Assembly (NCBI GenBank): GCA_963636255.1
Contig: CAVHJI010000001.1
Location: 1-46,560 of the forward strand
DNA: 46,560 bases
Origin: Bacteroidaceae bacterium
GTDB lineage: Bacteria; Bacteroidota; Bacteroidia; Bacteroidales; Bacteroidaceae
Direction: 5' to 3'
The translations under genes and the position numbers were made by a program. Positions 28,301-34,781 of the stretch are shown here, piece after piece. The notes beneath the pieces were generated by a model that saw only the letters and a list, made by a program, of their open reading frames with translations, searched no databases and was not told the origin of the DNA. Each line of letters opens with the position of its first letter. The first letter of the stretch is position 1.

Positions 28301-30477
28301 AGCACGGTGTTCGCCGTGTAGTTCAGCGTCTGCACGCTCGTTATCGTCACGTCCACGCCGCTCACGTTGATGTTGCGGCTGCCGGTGTTGCCGGCATCGT
28401 CGGTCACCACCAGCTGCAGGCGCTTGCTCGTGGCGGTCACGAAGTAACTGCTTACATCAAACGTGAAGTCGTAGGTCTCCGCGCTGGCGCTGCTCTTCTG
28501 GTTCAGCTTGTAGGTCTCCAGCGTCTGGCCGGTGTCGCGGTCCTTCAGCACACACTCCGCAATGGCGTTGTCCTGCTCCACACTGCCCATGCTGGTGATG
28601 CTCCTGATAGAGGCTTTCAGCACCACGCTGCCGCCTGCCTTGGCATACAGGGGGCTCTCCTCAAACTGGATGCTCACGATCGTGCCGCTCGAGCTGCCGC
28701 TGCCGGTACCTACGGCAAACTGCACCTCGTCGCCGACGGTGTCGCCGTCTGCGTTCTTCATCGACATCTTCACCACGCCCTCCGTCTCCGTGTCCACAGC
28801 AAGCGTTGCGGGCATGTTGCTGTAGGCTCCGCCTGCGCTGAAGGGCTCCTTGCTGCCGGCTTCCGGCGTGTCCGTAGTCGTCACAGCGGTGTTGCCGCCA
28901 CCGCCAAACTCCACCCAGGGCTTCTCGTCGGCGGGGTTCAGGTCTTCGATGGCACGGGTAAACTGGTACGCCTTCCACACCGGACTGCCGTTGTTCGTCG
29001 TCTCTGCCGTGCGGTAGGTCAGCACCACGCCGCTCTTCATGTACTGCAGGCCGCTCTCCGTCTGCTTGTCAAGCACAGCCTTGATAGCCGTCGACAGCGT
29101 GTATTCCGTGTCGTCGCAGATGTCGTTCACGTTCACCGTGTTGCCGATGGCGCTGCCGTTGCTGCCGAAGTCGGTCCAGTTGGTCTCCGTCTTCCAGTCG
29201 CTCTCCGTCTGCGTGCCGTAGCTCGTCCACTGCTTGTTCTGCACTCCGTTGTCGGAGAGGAACGACAGCACGATGCCGGGCTTCATGTAGCGGGCTTTGT
29301 CGGCGAGGTCAAAGACTTTCTCCAGCACCACAGAGAAGGTCACAGCACGCCAGCCGAGGCCCAGCAGCGAGTTTGCGTTGATGGTGTTGCCGTTCTGTAT
29401 CTCCACGTCGTGTGCGGCGATGGCTGTGGCGTTTGTCTCGCTCTTGCTCTCCGCAGCTGTCAGGCGGGTGTCAAGCAATGCGGTGTCCTGGCCGAGCCCG
29501 GCAAGCATGTTCTTCACCGTTGCCGGGATGTTCTCCGTCCATGCGCTCCACGCGCCCTGGTCGGTGTCCGTCCGGCTGATGTTGTACGACCGGCTGAAGG
29601 TCGTGACGGCACGGTCGCTGTGCGTAGAAAAGTCGAGCGCACCCGACGAGCTGGCCGTATAGTTACTCGTCAACACCTCCGTGAGCTGATGGCTCATGCT
29701 GTCGGAGAACATGTCAATGACACCGAGGATGATGCCCGCATCGTCGACAAGCGTCCAGCGGGTGTGATGGCCGTCGGCAATCATCGCCTTGGCTTCATCA
29801 ATGCTGGCGGGTATCGTGTCAATCTCGCTCAACTTGAGCACTCCCACCATCTTGTCGATGGCTGTCTGCAGCGTCGCGTCTGCTGCCGTGCGTGCCGCAG
29901 TCTCCGCGTTCACGTCGCTCTGCGCCTTCGTTGCGGCTGTCTGGGCGCCGTCGGCGGTGCTCTGCGCCTTCTCCGCTGCTGCCTGGATGTTATTGATCTG
30001 GTTCCCTTGTGTCGTCTGTCCGGTGCGCAGGCTCTTGATGTCGTCCGTGTTCTGCGCCACGTCCACCTTCACGGCTTCGATGTCGCCGGTCAGCTCCTCC
30101 ACGGCTTCCATATATTCGGTGCTGTCCACCGTCGGGTTGCCTTTGTACAGCGGGTTGCCGGCGCTGTCCACCTGTGCCACCCATGCGCCGCCGTCGGCTA
30201 CATACAGCTGGCCGAGGTGGTCGCTTGTCGCACTGCCTTCAACGGCCACCAGCGCCCACCATCCTTCGTGTGGATTGGGGTATGCCTCGCGGAGCTGCGC
30301 CGCAGTCTTGAACAGGCCTTTGTTTGGGCCTTTGATGTTCTTGGCTTCAAGCCAGCCTTCCACCGTCAGGTTGTGGGCCACCGTCAGCGAACCGCGCACC
30401 GTGCCGGTGCCGCCCATGCTCACGTTGCGGCCTATCGCTACGTCTCCGTCTATCTGCTTTGTTGGTATCGAACTCAT
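22342..30477 (-). CDS. Giant tail/receptor-binding protein, DGR target (LamG-like, CotH-like, LRR and C-terminal C-lectin-fold regions)
   Basis: 2711 aa. VR at the C-terminus preceded by FGCTWEVMD. LRR-like repeats at about 24150-24700. N-terminal coiled coil. Confidence 0.85.
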   Translation of the reverse strand: MSSIPTKQIDGDVAIGRNVSMGGTGTVRGSLTVAHNLTVEGWLEAKNIKGPNKGLFKTAAQLREAYPNPHEGWWALVAVEGSATSDHLGQLYVADGGAWVAQVDSAGNPLYKGNPTVDSTEYMEAVEELTGDIEAVKVDVAQNTDDIKSLRTGQTTQGNQINNIQAAAEKAQSTADGAQTAATKAQSDVNAETAARTAADATLQTAIDKMVGVLKLSEIDTIPASIDEAKAMIADGHHTRWTLVDDAGIILGVIDMFSDSMSHQLTEVLTSNYTASSSGALDFSTHSDRAVTTFSRSYNISRTDTDQGAWSAWTENIPATVKNMLAGLGQDTALLDTRLTAAESKSETNATAIAAHDVEIQNGNTINANSLLGLGWRAVTFSVVLEKVFDLADKARYMKPGIVLSFLSDNGVQNKQWTSYGTQTESDWKTETNWTDFGSNGSAIGNTVNVNDICDDTEYTLSTAIKAVLDKQTESGLQYMKSGVVLTYRTAETTNNGSPVWKAYQFTRAIEDLNPADEKPWVEFGGGGNTAVTTTDTPEAGSKEPFSAGGAYSNMPATLAVDTETEGVVKMSMKNADGDTVGDEVQFAVGTGSGSSSGTIVSIQFEESPLYAKAGGSVVLKASIRSITSMGSVEQDNAIAECVLKDRDTGQTLETYKLNQKSSASAETYDFTFDVSSYFVTATSKRLQLVVTDDAGNTGSRNINVSGVDVTITSVQTLNYTANTVLAVGGTSKNLPMYKFANNASDKGIKVVTEMELDGEWQTLGTSVVTDTYSHSISIDPRNCLGKVLTHGAYSLRIHGEDVGSGVQGNYLHTSVMVIEDGDATPIVVTRWYTEGATGVKKLYESIEIDYAVYVSTTDEPQVTINYDGAKDSSTVAYRGTTGRYTKQVLESVHDGTKSVTVQLECDGIMSQASTFVVSGSLVDVEEVTDQREFNIMMDSRNNTETDHSIKDSGVSIVTTGCNWSTTGFVKDSYGTSTYGTEQDTGRMALRIAEDMTAECSYQPFASSSIEQNGMALSFTVRVKNVEDRTAKLIDCLLDNKMGFYLTGEKLVFTCDGGTAADPDDLGAQQTAVALYRTDRVTRFDIVMEPSSIAPYSGIGSIKIYVNGDEAAATHYTAGRLDPSKATIKFDGTKADLYLYRITGWATYYNFRQALNNYLVGLKDTSEMLSEYEKNDVMASQTAEGTTKDRPTLSACMEAGLCTVTLLKNAETEDIEQSYPGYLDTLDGDKKTKAYFDVVARFPDRPWQDFKAYKVTITNQGTTSSMRPIKNKKLKLKGCKIELLHTEGDFKDNEEQLAKFRQCVKMAKKYKIQVIDGGLWVKTITVKVDYSDSTGANNGAMMELMNKTQRAMGSDYMTPAQVFYNGEGTMNTSIDSVSAALFRTDKQSVDATNETYAYFHAKANFNVDKGNPDFFGFEKVSGYTDVCVNYGDFKELVAAKGQSLADYKAAVLKDTSELIASEMYMLSEYCGPDHVFLENDGSGAMTETTAVADATPVDKTLAEVLADNVDDYDWGTVYATSDGKYAKYAGGVWKDTTGTFTYDASTKKWTATGRVLNPTECYEYLKYDSFCWLQGVNSLDDMMALDSDGTPIWLQYYESRYPDDDDLNALYEAGKKAPYNLYRWLAWAQQCSHMLDENDGTITLHGTTVAGTKENRLKKWSEELWEYANVKSTGCYVIASDYVLAVDQRSKNMMIGFYLDTTGKTRAYFNHWYDGDCTWLADNDCGLTVPWDLDAKEDPKHYYQGWNSVMFKQTYSASTLWTSANGASTVTLHDIAGDMRLAEADGIKIFSAAGCEKLWITDRIAKYAKVVSSFDGERKYIENSKEGANYYYAVHGLRQEDLPETFEKRFSYRDGYYQVGDLYNNPFKMRAVGTDIKITITAAQDAFFGLGVDRADTCTDSCYLKAGESYTLKSGVTADGSGTMLYVFGASKLASLDLSGCTPKAEGWDISTCTLLQELIMGGEDYSPVEGSGAITQLNLGNKSFLRRIDIRNTKVTNVSATYCPRLKEVLAAGSQLSNIDIAETAPVETLQLPATMTTLWLKNLPKLSYPGGLTVAGMEKVTKFFLDSCPGVDTMQLLQAVTAASALKSIRIPDVKTTASVEMLRAMKTSGAVGIDASGTTYEESGQCSGIIGRWILKELIEASELKALQTYFPRLEVINSQYSTVVFDDTVNDPKNVTNLDNGTTGETYVASGHVTRIRQRLVPVKGKLNTETGVWEGERISNANYHNLVDGTEFDYKDTTGAGFDVMMRIPHCWYKGVNDFKNQKKYICWSSSESEPLSTANAINRHVLKDIVYAENVAVTVTAVTVGESTLNSDGVLVTTSGYNAYRIDVTGMKQVRWPGVNHQQIGGVFVNADGVIIGKYNMAVSNAMFDYVEGDYIFTDVPDGAVAFVFGSNIKNNTLEAIAVDSAEIEAIEPDWVEQQECLGGVYHASVDTLTQLRSISNATVRCGDGTSTTSSEWTYDGEGNPTNTPVGTLHYTCKDLMNLAARRGQGYQLFDYEMSKVMANLYYSLTGNRDAQLLCGYGRGAGGTTGYADTLGNSDSERGQIAGNKCMGFESFFGCTWEVMDNVGVNISTYAEWKKTKMLDSNNSDPIDGKWHIFDPLTKTERVVQGVTDSGRCIGRVKHGRHCDIIASKLTSDNSVWAQNYCDQHSYSASRGRVVGRSDGNGVAFGGLACASAGSASSCASGNYGARLAFRGAISVENDIA
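22382..22495 (-). repeat. DGR variable repeat (VR) at the 3' end of the tail protein gene
   Basis: Encodes RVVGRSDGNGVAFGGLACASAGSASSCASGNYGARLA, with 18 mismatches to TR. Confidence 0.95.
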
Positions 30478-31112
30478 TATTCAAATATTGATTTTGCCAG
30501 GGCGCCAAGCTCCGAGGCTCTGTCGGATGCGCCCAAGGCGGTGAATACTAAGCCTGCAATGGTATAGACCACTGCCGTGTAGCAGCGCTCGCTGATGTCG
30601 ATGCCGCCGTCTTCGTCTATTTTCGGATAGGGTATGTAGGTGGCGCGTTTCACGTATGCGTCCTCGCTCATGCACGAGTAGAACTCCAGGGCCTTGCCTT
30701 CTGCCCGGTGTACCAGCGCACACACGGGCTTCTGCACGTTGCCGCGGATGCCGGGGTAACGGCTGCTCTGCAGCTCATACACCGGGTCCTCGACGCCTAT
30801 TGCGCCGTAGCATGTGCGTTCCCAGTCGCTCATCCTGAAGGCGGTCAGGCGCATGAAGTCGTCGGGCAGCAGCACAAACCCGCTGCCGCCTGTCTCCCAA
30901 TACACGCTGTCGCCAAAGTTATGGCCAGCCTCCAAATAATAGACGGGGGCCGACTGCTCCACCCGGCGCACTCCTTCCTCGATCTTCGAACGGATCAGTG
31001 TCTCCAGCGACAGCGTGTCGATGTCCTCGTCAGCAAGAAGCTGGTCGGTCTGCACGTTCTCGTCCATGGCGATGCGCACGTCTTGCGTCACTTCGTCCAC
31101 TGTGTACACCAT
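30477..31112 (-). CDS. Putative head-tail adaptor protein
   Basis: 211 aa, between capsid and tail genes. LLPDDFMRL motif and helical ends. Confidence 0.55.
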   Translation of the reverse strand: MVYTVDEVTQDVRIAMDENVQTDQLLADEDIDTLSLETLIRSKIEEGVRRVEQSAPVYYLEAGHNFGDSVYWETGGSGFVLLPDDFMRLTAFRMSDWERTCYGAIGVEDPVYELQSSRYPGIRGNVQKPVCALVHRAEGKALEFYSCMSEDAYVKRATYIPYPKIDEDGGIDISERCYTAVVYTIAGLVFTALGASDRASELGALAKSIFE

Positions 31113-31130
31113 GCCTGTTGCCTTTCTCCC

Positions 31131-31673
31131 TTACTCCGTAAAACTTATCGCCACGCCGTACGTCTTGCCGACAGCCACGATGTCAGCACGGGTGCGCATC
31201 GTGCCCTTGGCGCCGAAGGTGGTCTCAAGATACTCCTTCGCGTCGGCGTTGCAGCTAAACTCCACCTCGGTCACCGTCTGTGCTTCGGCTGTCTCGGTCA
31301 CAGGGGCCTCCGCTGCTTCCTCGGCTTCGGGCTCCTGCGTCTCCTCCGTGGCGGGCGTGTTCGCATCGCCTGTTCCTTCGGCAGGGGCCTCGGCCTTCAC
31401 TTCGGTGGTGGGGGCATTGCGCTCCACGCGTACCTCTTCATCAAGCTCTGTCGAGCTCACCACCTTGATGCGGCCGCGCTTGAAGTCGGCGCTGTTCTCG
31501 ATGGCGTGCTGCACGATGAAGTCACTTGTCGTGAAACGTGCGGGGTTCTGCCCCAGCGCAGTCATACTGCCGTCAGTGAACAGCACTTTCAGGGTGGCTT
31601 TGCTGCCTACCTTGATGAGGGCCTGATACTCCATCATCCCATACACTCCGTAGGTAATTCTTTTCTTTTTCAT
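31131..31673 (-). CDS. Hypothetical protein with an acidic low-complexity linker
   Basis: 180 aa with an E/A/T/P-rich centre, directly after the capsid gene. Confidence 0.75.
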   Translation of the reverse strand: MKKKRITYGVYGMMEYQALIKVGSKATLKVLFTDGSMTALGQNPARFTTSDFIVQHAIENSADFKRGRIKVVSSTELDEEVRVERNAPTTEVKAEAPAEGTGDANTPATEETQEPEAEEAAEAPVTETAEAQTVTEVEFSCNADAKEYLETTFGAKGTMRTRADIVAVGKTYGVAISFTE

Positions 31674-31705
31674 GGTTTATGTGTTTTTGGATTGTTCCGA
31701 AACTG

Positions 31706-31743
31706 AAAGAGGCGGGCGGCCATCTTCTGCACCTCCCGCCTCT
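31706..31743 (-). terminator. Hairpin after the capsid gene (probably a leaky terminator)
   Basis: AGAGGCGGG (31708-31716) pairs with CCCGCCTCT (31735-31743), with a short T tail on the minus strand. Confidence 0.55.
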
Positions 31744-31784
31744 ACGTTGTTTGTATATATGTAAAAACCGCTGCCTGTTGGTTG

Positions 31785-33299
31785 TTAGGCTGTTGCCATC
31801 ACGTCACCGGCGAACTCCACCCAAGACGTGCCCTTGTACTGCCACATCTGGCCGCTCATGGCCTCGGCATTGATACCGGGACAGTCGGCGATAAGGTAGT
31901 ACACGTCACCGTCGGCGGGTGTTGCGGGGGCCTCCTCGCTGTCCCACAGATGGATCTGCGTAGCGCTGGCGTTCTCGCTGTCGCCCTCGCCGTTGATCCA
32001 GATGTGGCAAGAGCCCTTCAGTGCAAGGGCATCCCACACCAGCATCGACTCGCGTGTTGCCTCCTCGCCGTCCACGCGGTCCTGCGATGAGTGCTCGGCT
32101 GAATACTGGTAGTGCACCAGACGGTCGGGAGCCACCACGAAGGCGCTGTTGCTCCACTTCAGGCGGTCCAAGGTGGGGTCGTGCTTGAACTCGATGTCAC
32201 CGAACACGGTGTGGAAGTTCGTCACCACCCAGCCCACGGGGTTCGTCACTGTGGTAATCTGGATCTCCGGGTGCTTCGAGTAGTCGATGCACTGGATGTT
32301 CTCCAGGAAGTTCTTGCCGGCAAGGGCAATCACGTTCTTGGGTACGTCCTCACCGGTGAACACCATCTTGGCCAAAGCCACGATCTCCTCAATGGTCCAC
32401 TTGCCGCTGTGCTGCAGCTCCTTCTTCACCTGGTAGCGCACGCCCTCGGTGAAGTAGATGGTCTGTGCGCCGACCTCGTCGGTCTGCACGGTCATCTTGC
32501 CTTTGCGACCGGCATACAGGGTGCGGTTGCCGCGTACCTTGAAGTTGGTGATGGCGGCCTCGGCGATAACAGCCTTGCCGAAGGGGATCTTCTTCTTCTG
32601 GGCCTCGTAGTAGTCACTCACGATCTGGTTCATGCCGCGCTTCTGCAGGTACACCGTGGTACCCTGGGGGACGATCAAGTCGGGGTCTACCTTCTTCTGT
32701 GTCTCGTACAGGGCGTTCGACAGGATGATGAGTGTCGTGCCGGCAGGGATGGCGGGCGTTGTGCAATACTCGTCGGTGCTGGCGCTCTTGGGACCGTTCA
32801 CTGCACGTACGATGGGGTTGCCGCTCGCGGTGTCATGACCGGTCACAAACAGCATCAGGTCCTTGCCGGGGGTGGGTGTCTTGCCGTCCTCGGCATAGCC
32901 GTCCACACCCTTCACCAGCAGCGTGCCGTAGGGACGGGGCACCTCGGCGTCGTTGGCGGCAAGGGGCAGGATAAACTGCTTTGCGGTGCCGGTGGTCACG
33001 GCCGTGGTGGTGGTCACCGACGAACGGGGCTCGTCGATCATATAGTGCTCCACCTCGGGAGAATTGACCTTCACCTTCTTCGCCTTCAGCATCAGCTGCA
33101 TCAGCGGGGTGTCGTCGCTTTTGAATTTGTACAACTCGTTGTCAAGGTCGGCCTGGATGAGGTTACCGGCACCGATGCCGCCGGTAGCGCCGGCAACACC
33201 GCTCACGGTGGTGGGGGCTCCAGGAACCTGACTTTCTACACCGGCACTGCCGGGAACGGGGGTAGCCATGCTACCGCCTACTTTCACTGTCTCGTCCAT
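31785..33299 (-). CDS. Major capsid protein (putative)
   Basis: 504 aa following a scaffold-like gene. DTPLMQL..VEHY and VTNFHTVFGDIEFKHDPTL resemble HK97-fold capsids. Followed by a terminator-like hairpin. Confidence 0.75.
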   Translation of the reverse strand: MDETVKVGGSMATPVPGSAGVESQVPGAPTTVSGVAGATGGIGAGNLIQADLDNELYKFKSDDTPLMQLMLKAKKVKVNSPEVEHYMIDEPRSSVTTTTAVTTGTAKQFILPLAANDAEVPRPYGTLLVKGVDGYAEDGKTPTPGKDLMLFVTGHDTASGNPIVRAVNGPKSASTDEYCTTPAIPAGTTLIILSNALYETQKKVDPDLIVPQGTTVYLQKRGMNQIVSDYYEAQKKKIPFGKAVIAEAAITNFKVRGNRTLYAGRKGKMTVQTDEVGAQTIYFTEGVRYQVKKELQHSGKWTIEEIVALAKMVFTGEDVPKNVIALAGKNFLENIQCIDYSKHPEIQITTVTNPVGWVVTNFHTVFGDIEFKHDPTLDRLKWSNSAFVVAPDRLVHYQYSAEHSSQDRVDGEEATRESMLVWDALALKGSCHIWINGEGDSENASATQIHLWDSEEAPATPADGDVYYLIADCPGINAEAMSGQMWQYKGTSWVEFAGDVMATA

Positions 33300-33338
33300 T
33301 TTTTCTTCTCTTTGTTTAGTTTATTGTTGTTCTCTCTG

Positions 33339-33506
33339 CTATCCGTTGTCTGTCTTGATGAGGTCGCCGGCACCGATGCCGCCGGTGGCCGAAGCCACAC
33401 AGCTCACCGTGGTCATGCCGCCGGGCACATGTGTCTTCAAACCGGCTGTGCCGCACACAGGCATGGCGTGCGGGCGCTCGGGCGGAAACTTCACCACTTC
33501 ACTCAT
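33339..33506 (-). CDS. 55-aa mini-protein paralogous to the capsid N-terminus (not in the ORF track)
   Basis: Hand translation MSEVVKFPPERPHAMPVCGTAGLKTHVPGGMTTVSCVASATGGIGAGDLIKTDNG*. Starts 2 nt after the scaffold stop. Confidence 0.75.
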   Translation of the reverse strand: MSEVVKFPPERPHAMPVCGTAGLKTHVPGGMTTVSCVASATGGIGAGDLIKTDNG

Positions 33507-33508
33507 GG

Positions 33509-34240
33509 CTACAGGGCTTCGTTCGCCAGCTCGAAGATGTTCTGCTTGCGGCGGGCGCTCGTGCCGTTCTTGCCGCTCAGGGGTGCCGTACCGTCTCCCT
33601 GTTCGCGCTTGCGAAGGCCCTCCACAATCTTGTCGTTGCGTCCTGCCACACGGCCCTCTTCGCCGGCTGCGGCCACGTCGTTGTCATGGTTGATTGCTTT
33701 CACAAACAGCTCCAGCGTCTCATGTGCGAACTTGCCTTTCACGCCGTCACGCACCACGCCGATGATGGCGGCGGCCACCTCGTCGACCTGCTCGTCGGTC
33801 ATGCCGCGCTCCTGTTGGAACTGCTTCAGGGTCTCGAGCGACGTGGCCATGTTCTTCGCATATTCCTCGTCGAGCGCCTTCGACTTCGCCACACGCTCCA
33901 CGTATTCCTTGTTGGCTTCAGCCAGCTTGTCGAGCATCTCGGGGTTGTCGAGAACGTCGCGTATCTGCATGCCGAAACGCTGCACCAAACCGACGACAGG
34001 GTCTACGCCGTTGTGCATGTCAGCCAGAAATTGGGCGCTCTGCGGTGACGCAGAGAACATGTCCGACAACGTCTTCTCCTGCTCGCGGTAATTGGCGAGG
34101 TCTTTCTCGTAGTTGTCGTAGTCGTCCGAAATCTGTCCGTATATCTCTTCGTCGTCCTCGAATTGCTTGTCGGGGTATTTCTTCCGCAAACGCTCCAGAT
34201 GCTGGTCGCGCCTGCTTTTTACTGCATCGTTTTCAGCCAT
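33509..34240 (-). CDS. Putative capsid scaffolding protein
   Basis: 243 aa, acidic and helical, upstream of the capsid gene. Confidence 0.65.
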   Translation of the reverse strand: MAENDAVKSRRDQHLERLRKKYPDKQFEDDEEIYGQISDDYDNYEKDLANYREQEKTLSDMFSASPQSAQFLADMHNGVDPVVGLVQRFGMQIRDVLDNPEMLDKLAEANKEYVERVAKSKALDEEYAKNMATSLETLKQFQQERGMTDEQVDEVAAAIIGVVRDGVKGKFAHETLELFVKAINHDNDVAAAGEEGRVAGRNDKIVEGLRKREQGDGTAPLSGKNGTSARRKQNIFELANEAL

Positions 34241-34273
34241 TGCAAAAAGTCATTATGTTTATTCTTATGGCCG

Positions 34274-34315
34274 CAAATATAATGTCTTTTTTAGTCCGTC
34301 GTCCTTTAAGTATTG
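34274..34315 (-). promoter_or_regulatory. Putative late promoter for the scaffold-capsid-tail-DGR operon
   Basis: Minus strand reads CAATACTTAAAGG-N21-TATATTTG. Confidence 0.7.
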
Positions 34316-34329
34316 TGACATATTTTTAT

Positions 34330-34337
34330 TATCTTTG
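34330..34337 (+). promoter_or_regulatory. -7 promoter element for the terminase operon
   Basis: TATCTTTG lies 27 nt before the ATG at 34365. It lacks the late box. Confidence 0.6.
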
Positions 34338-34364
34338 TAAGCATAAATTGTCTCTGCTGTTATT

Positions 34365-34781
34365 ATGAAACATCATGGTTCTGTTATGGATTTCACGCGG
34401 CAACGCAATGCCGACATCATGAGGGTCTACCGGAGCGTCCTTGCGTCTTCGGCAGTCATCGCCTTGCCTGTCGTCTTCGAGACGGTGGCGCAGTCACCGT
34501 CCGCACGCTTCTGGGTGAGCGAGGAACGGGCCACCAATGTTATCGCCGCTATGGAGGCCGGACGGCCGGTGCCGCGCATGCGGCCCAACAAACAGGCGAT
34601 GTTTCAGGAAATCTACCGGAGATACGCCATTCTGCGCAAGAAATACCCCAAGCGCCCCACCTATCACCTGGTGTCCATCGTCGTCAACCAGCCGGCGCCA
34701 AAGTTCTATTTCACTGCACGTACCATCGGGGAATTTATTTACCGCATAAAAAGTGGCTGGTATGACAAACATGGAAAATAG
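34365..34781 (+). CDS. Basic DNA-binding protein (small terminase or late-gene activator candidate)
   Basis: 138 aa, upstream of terL. Two similar segments, SARFWVSEERATNVI and APKFYFTARTIGEFI. Confidence 0.6.
   Translation: MKHHGSVMDFTRQRNADIMRVYRSVLASSAVIALPVVFETVAQSPSARFWVSEERATNVIAAMEAGRPVPRMRPNKQAMFQEIYRRYAILRKKYPKRPTYHLVSIVVNQPAPKFYFTARTIGEFIYRIKSGWYDKHGK

Noticed and set aside
26056..30567. 1503-aa plus-strand ORF (also 23179-25041, 32112-34091, 40256-43252, 43283-46435, and minus-strand 13658-14890)
   Set aside because: Antisense shadows of real genes caused by GC-rich codon bias. They are H/V/R/A-rich with no recognisable motifs.
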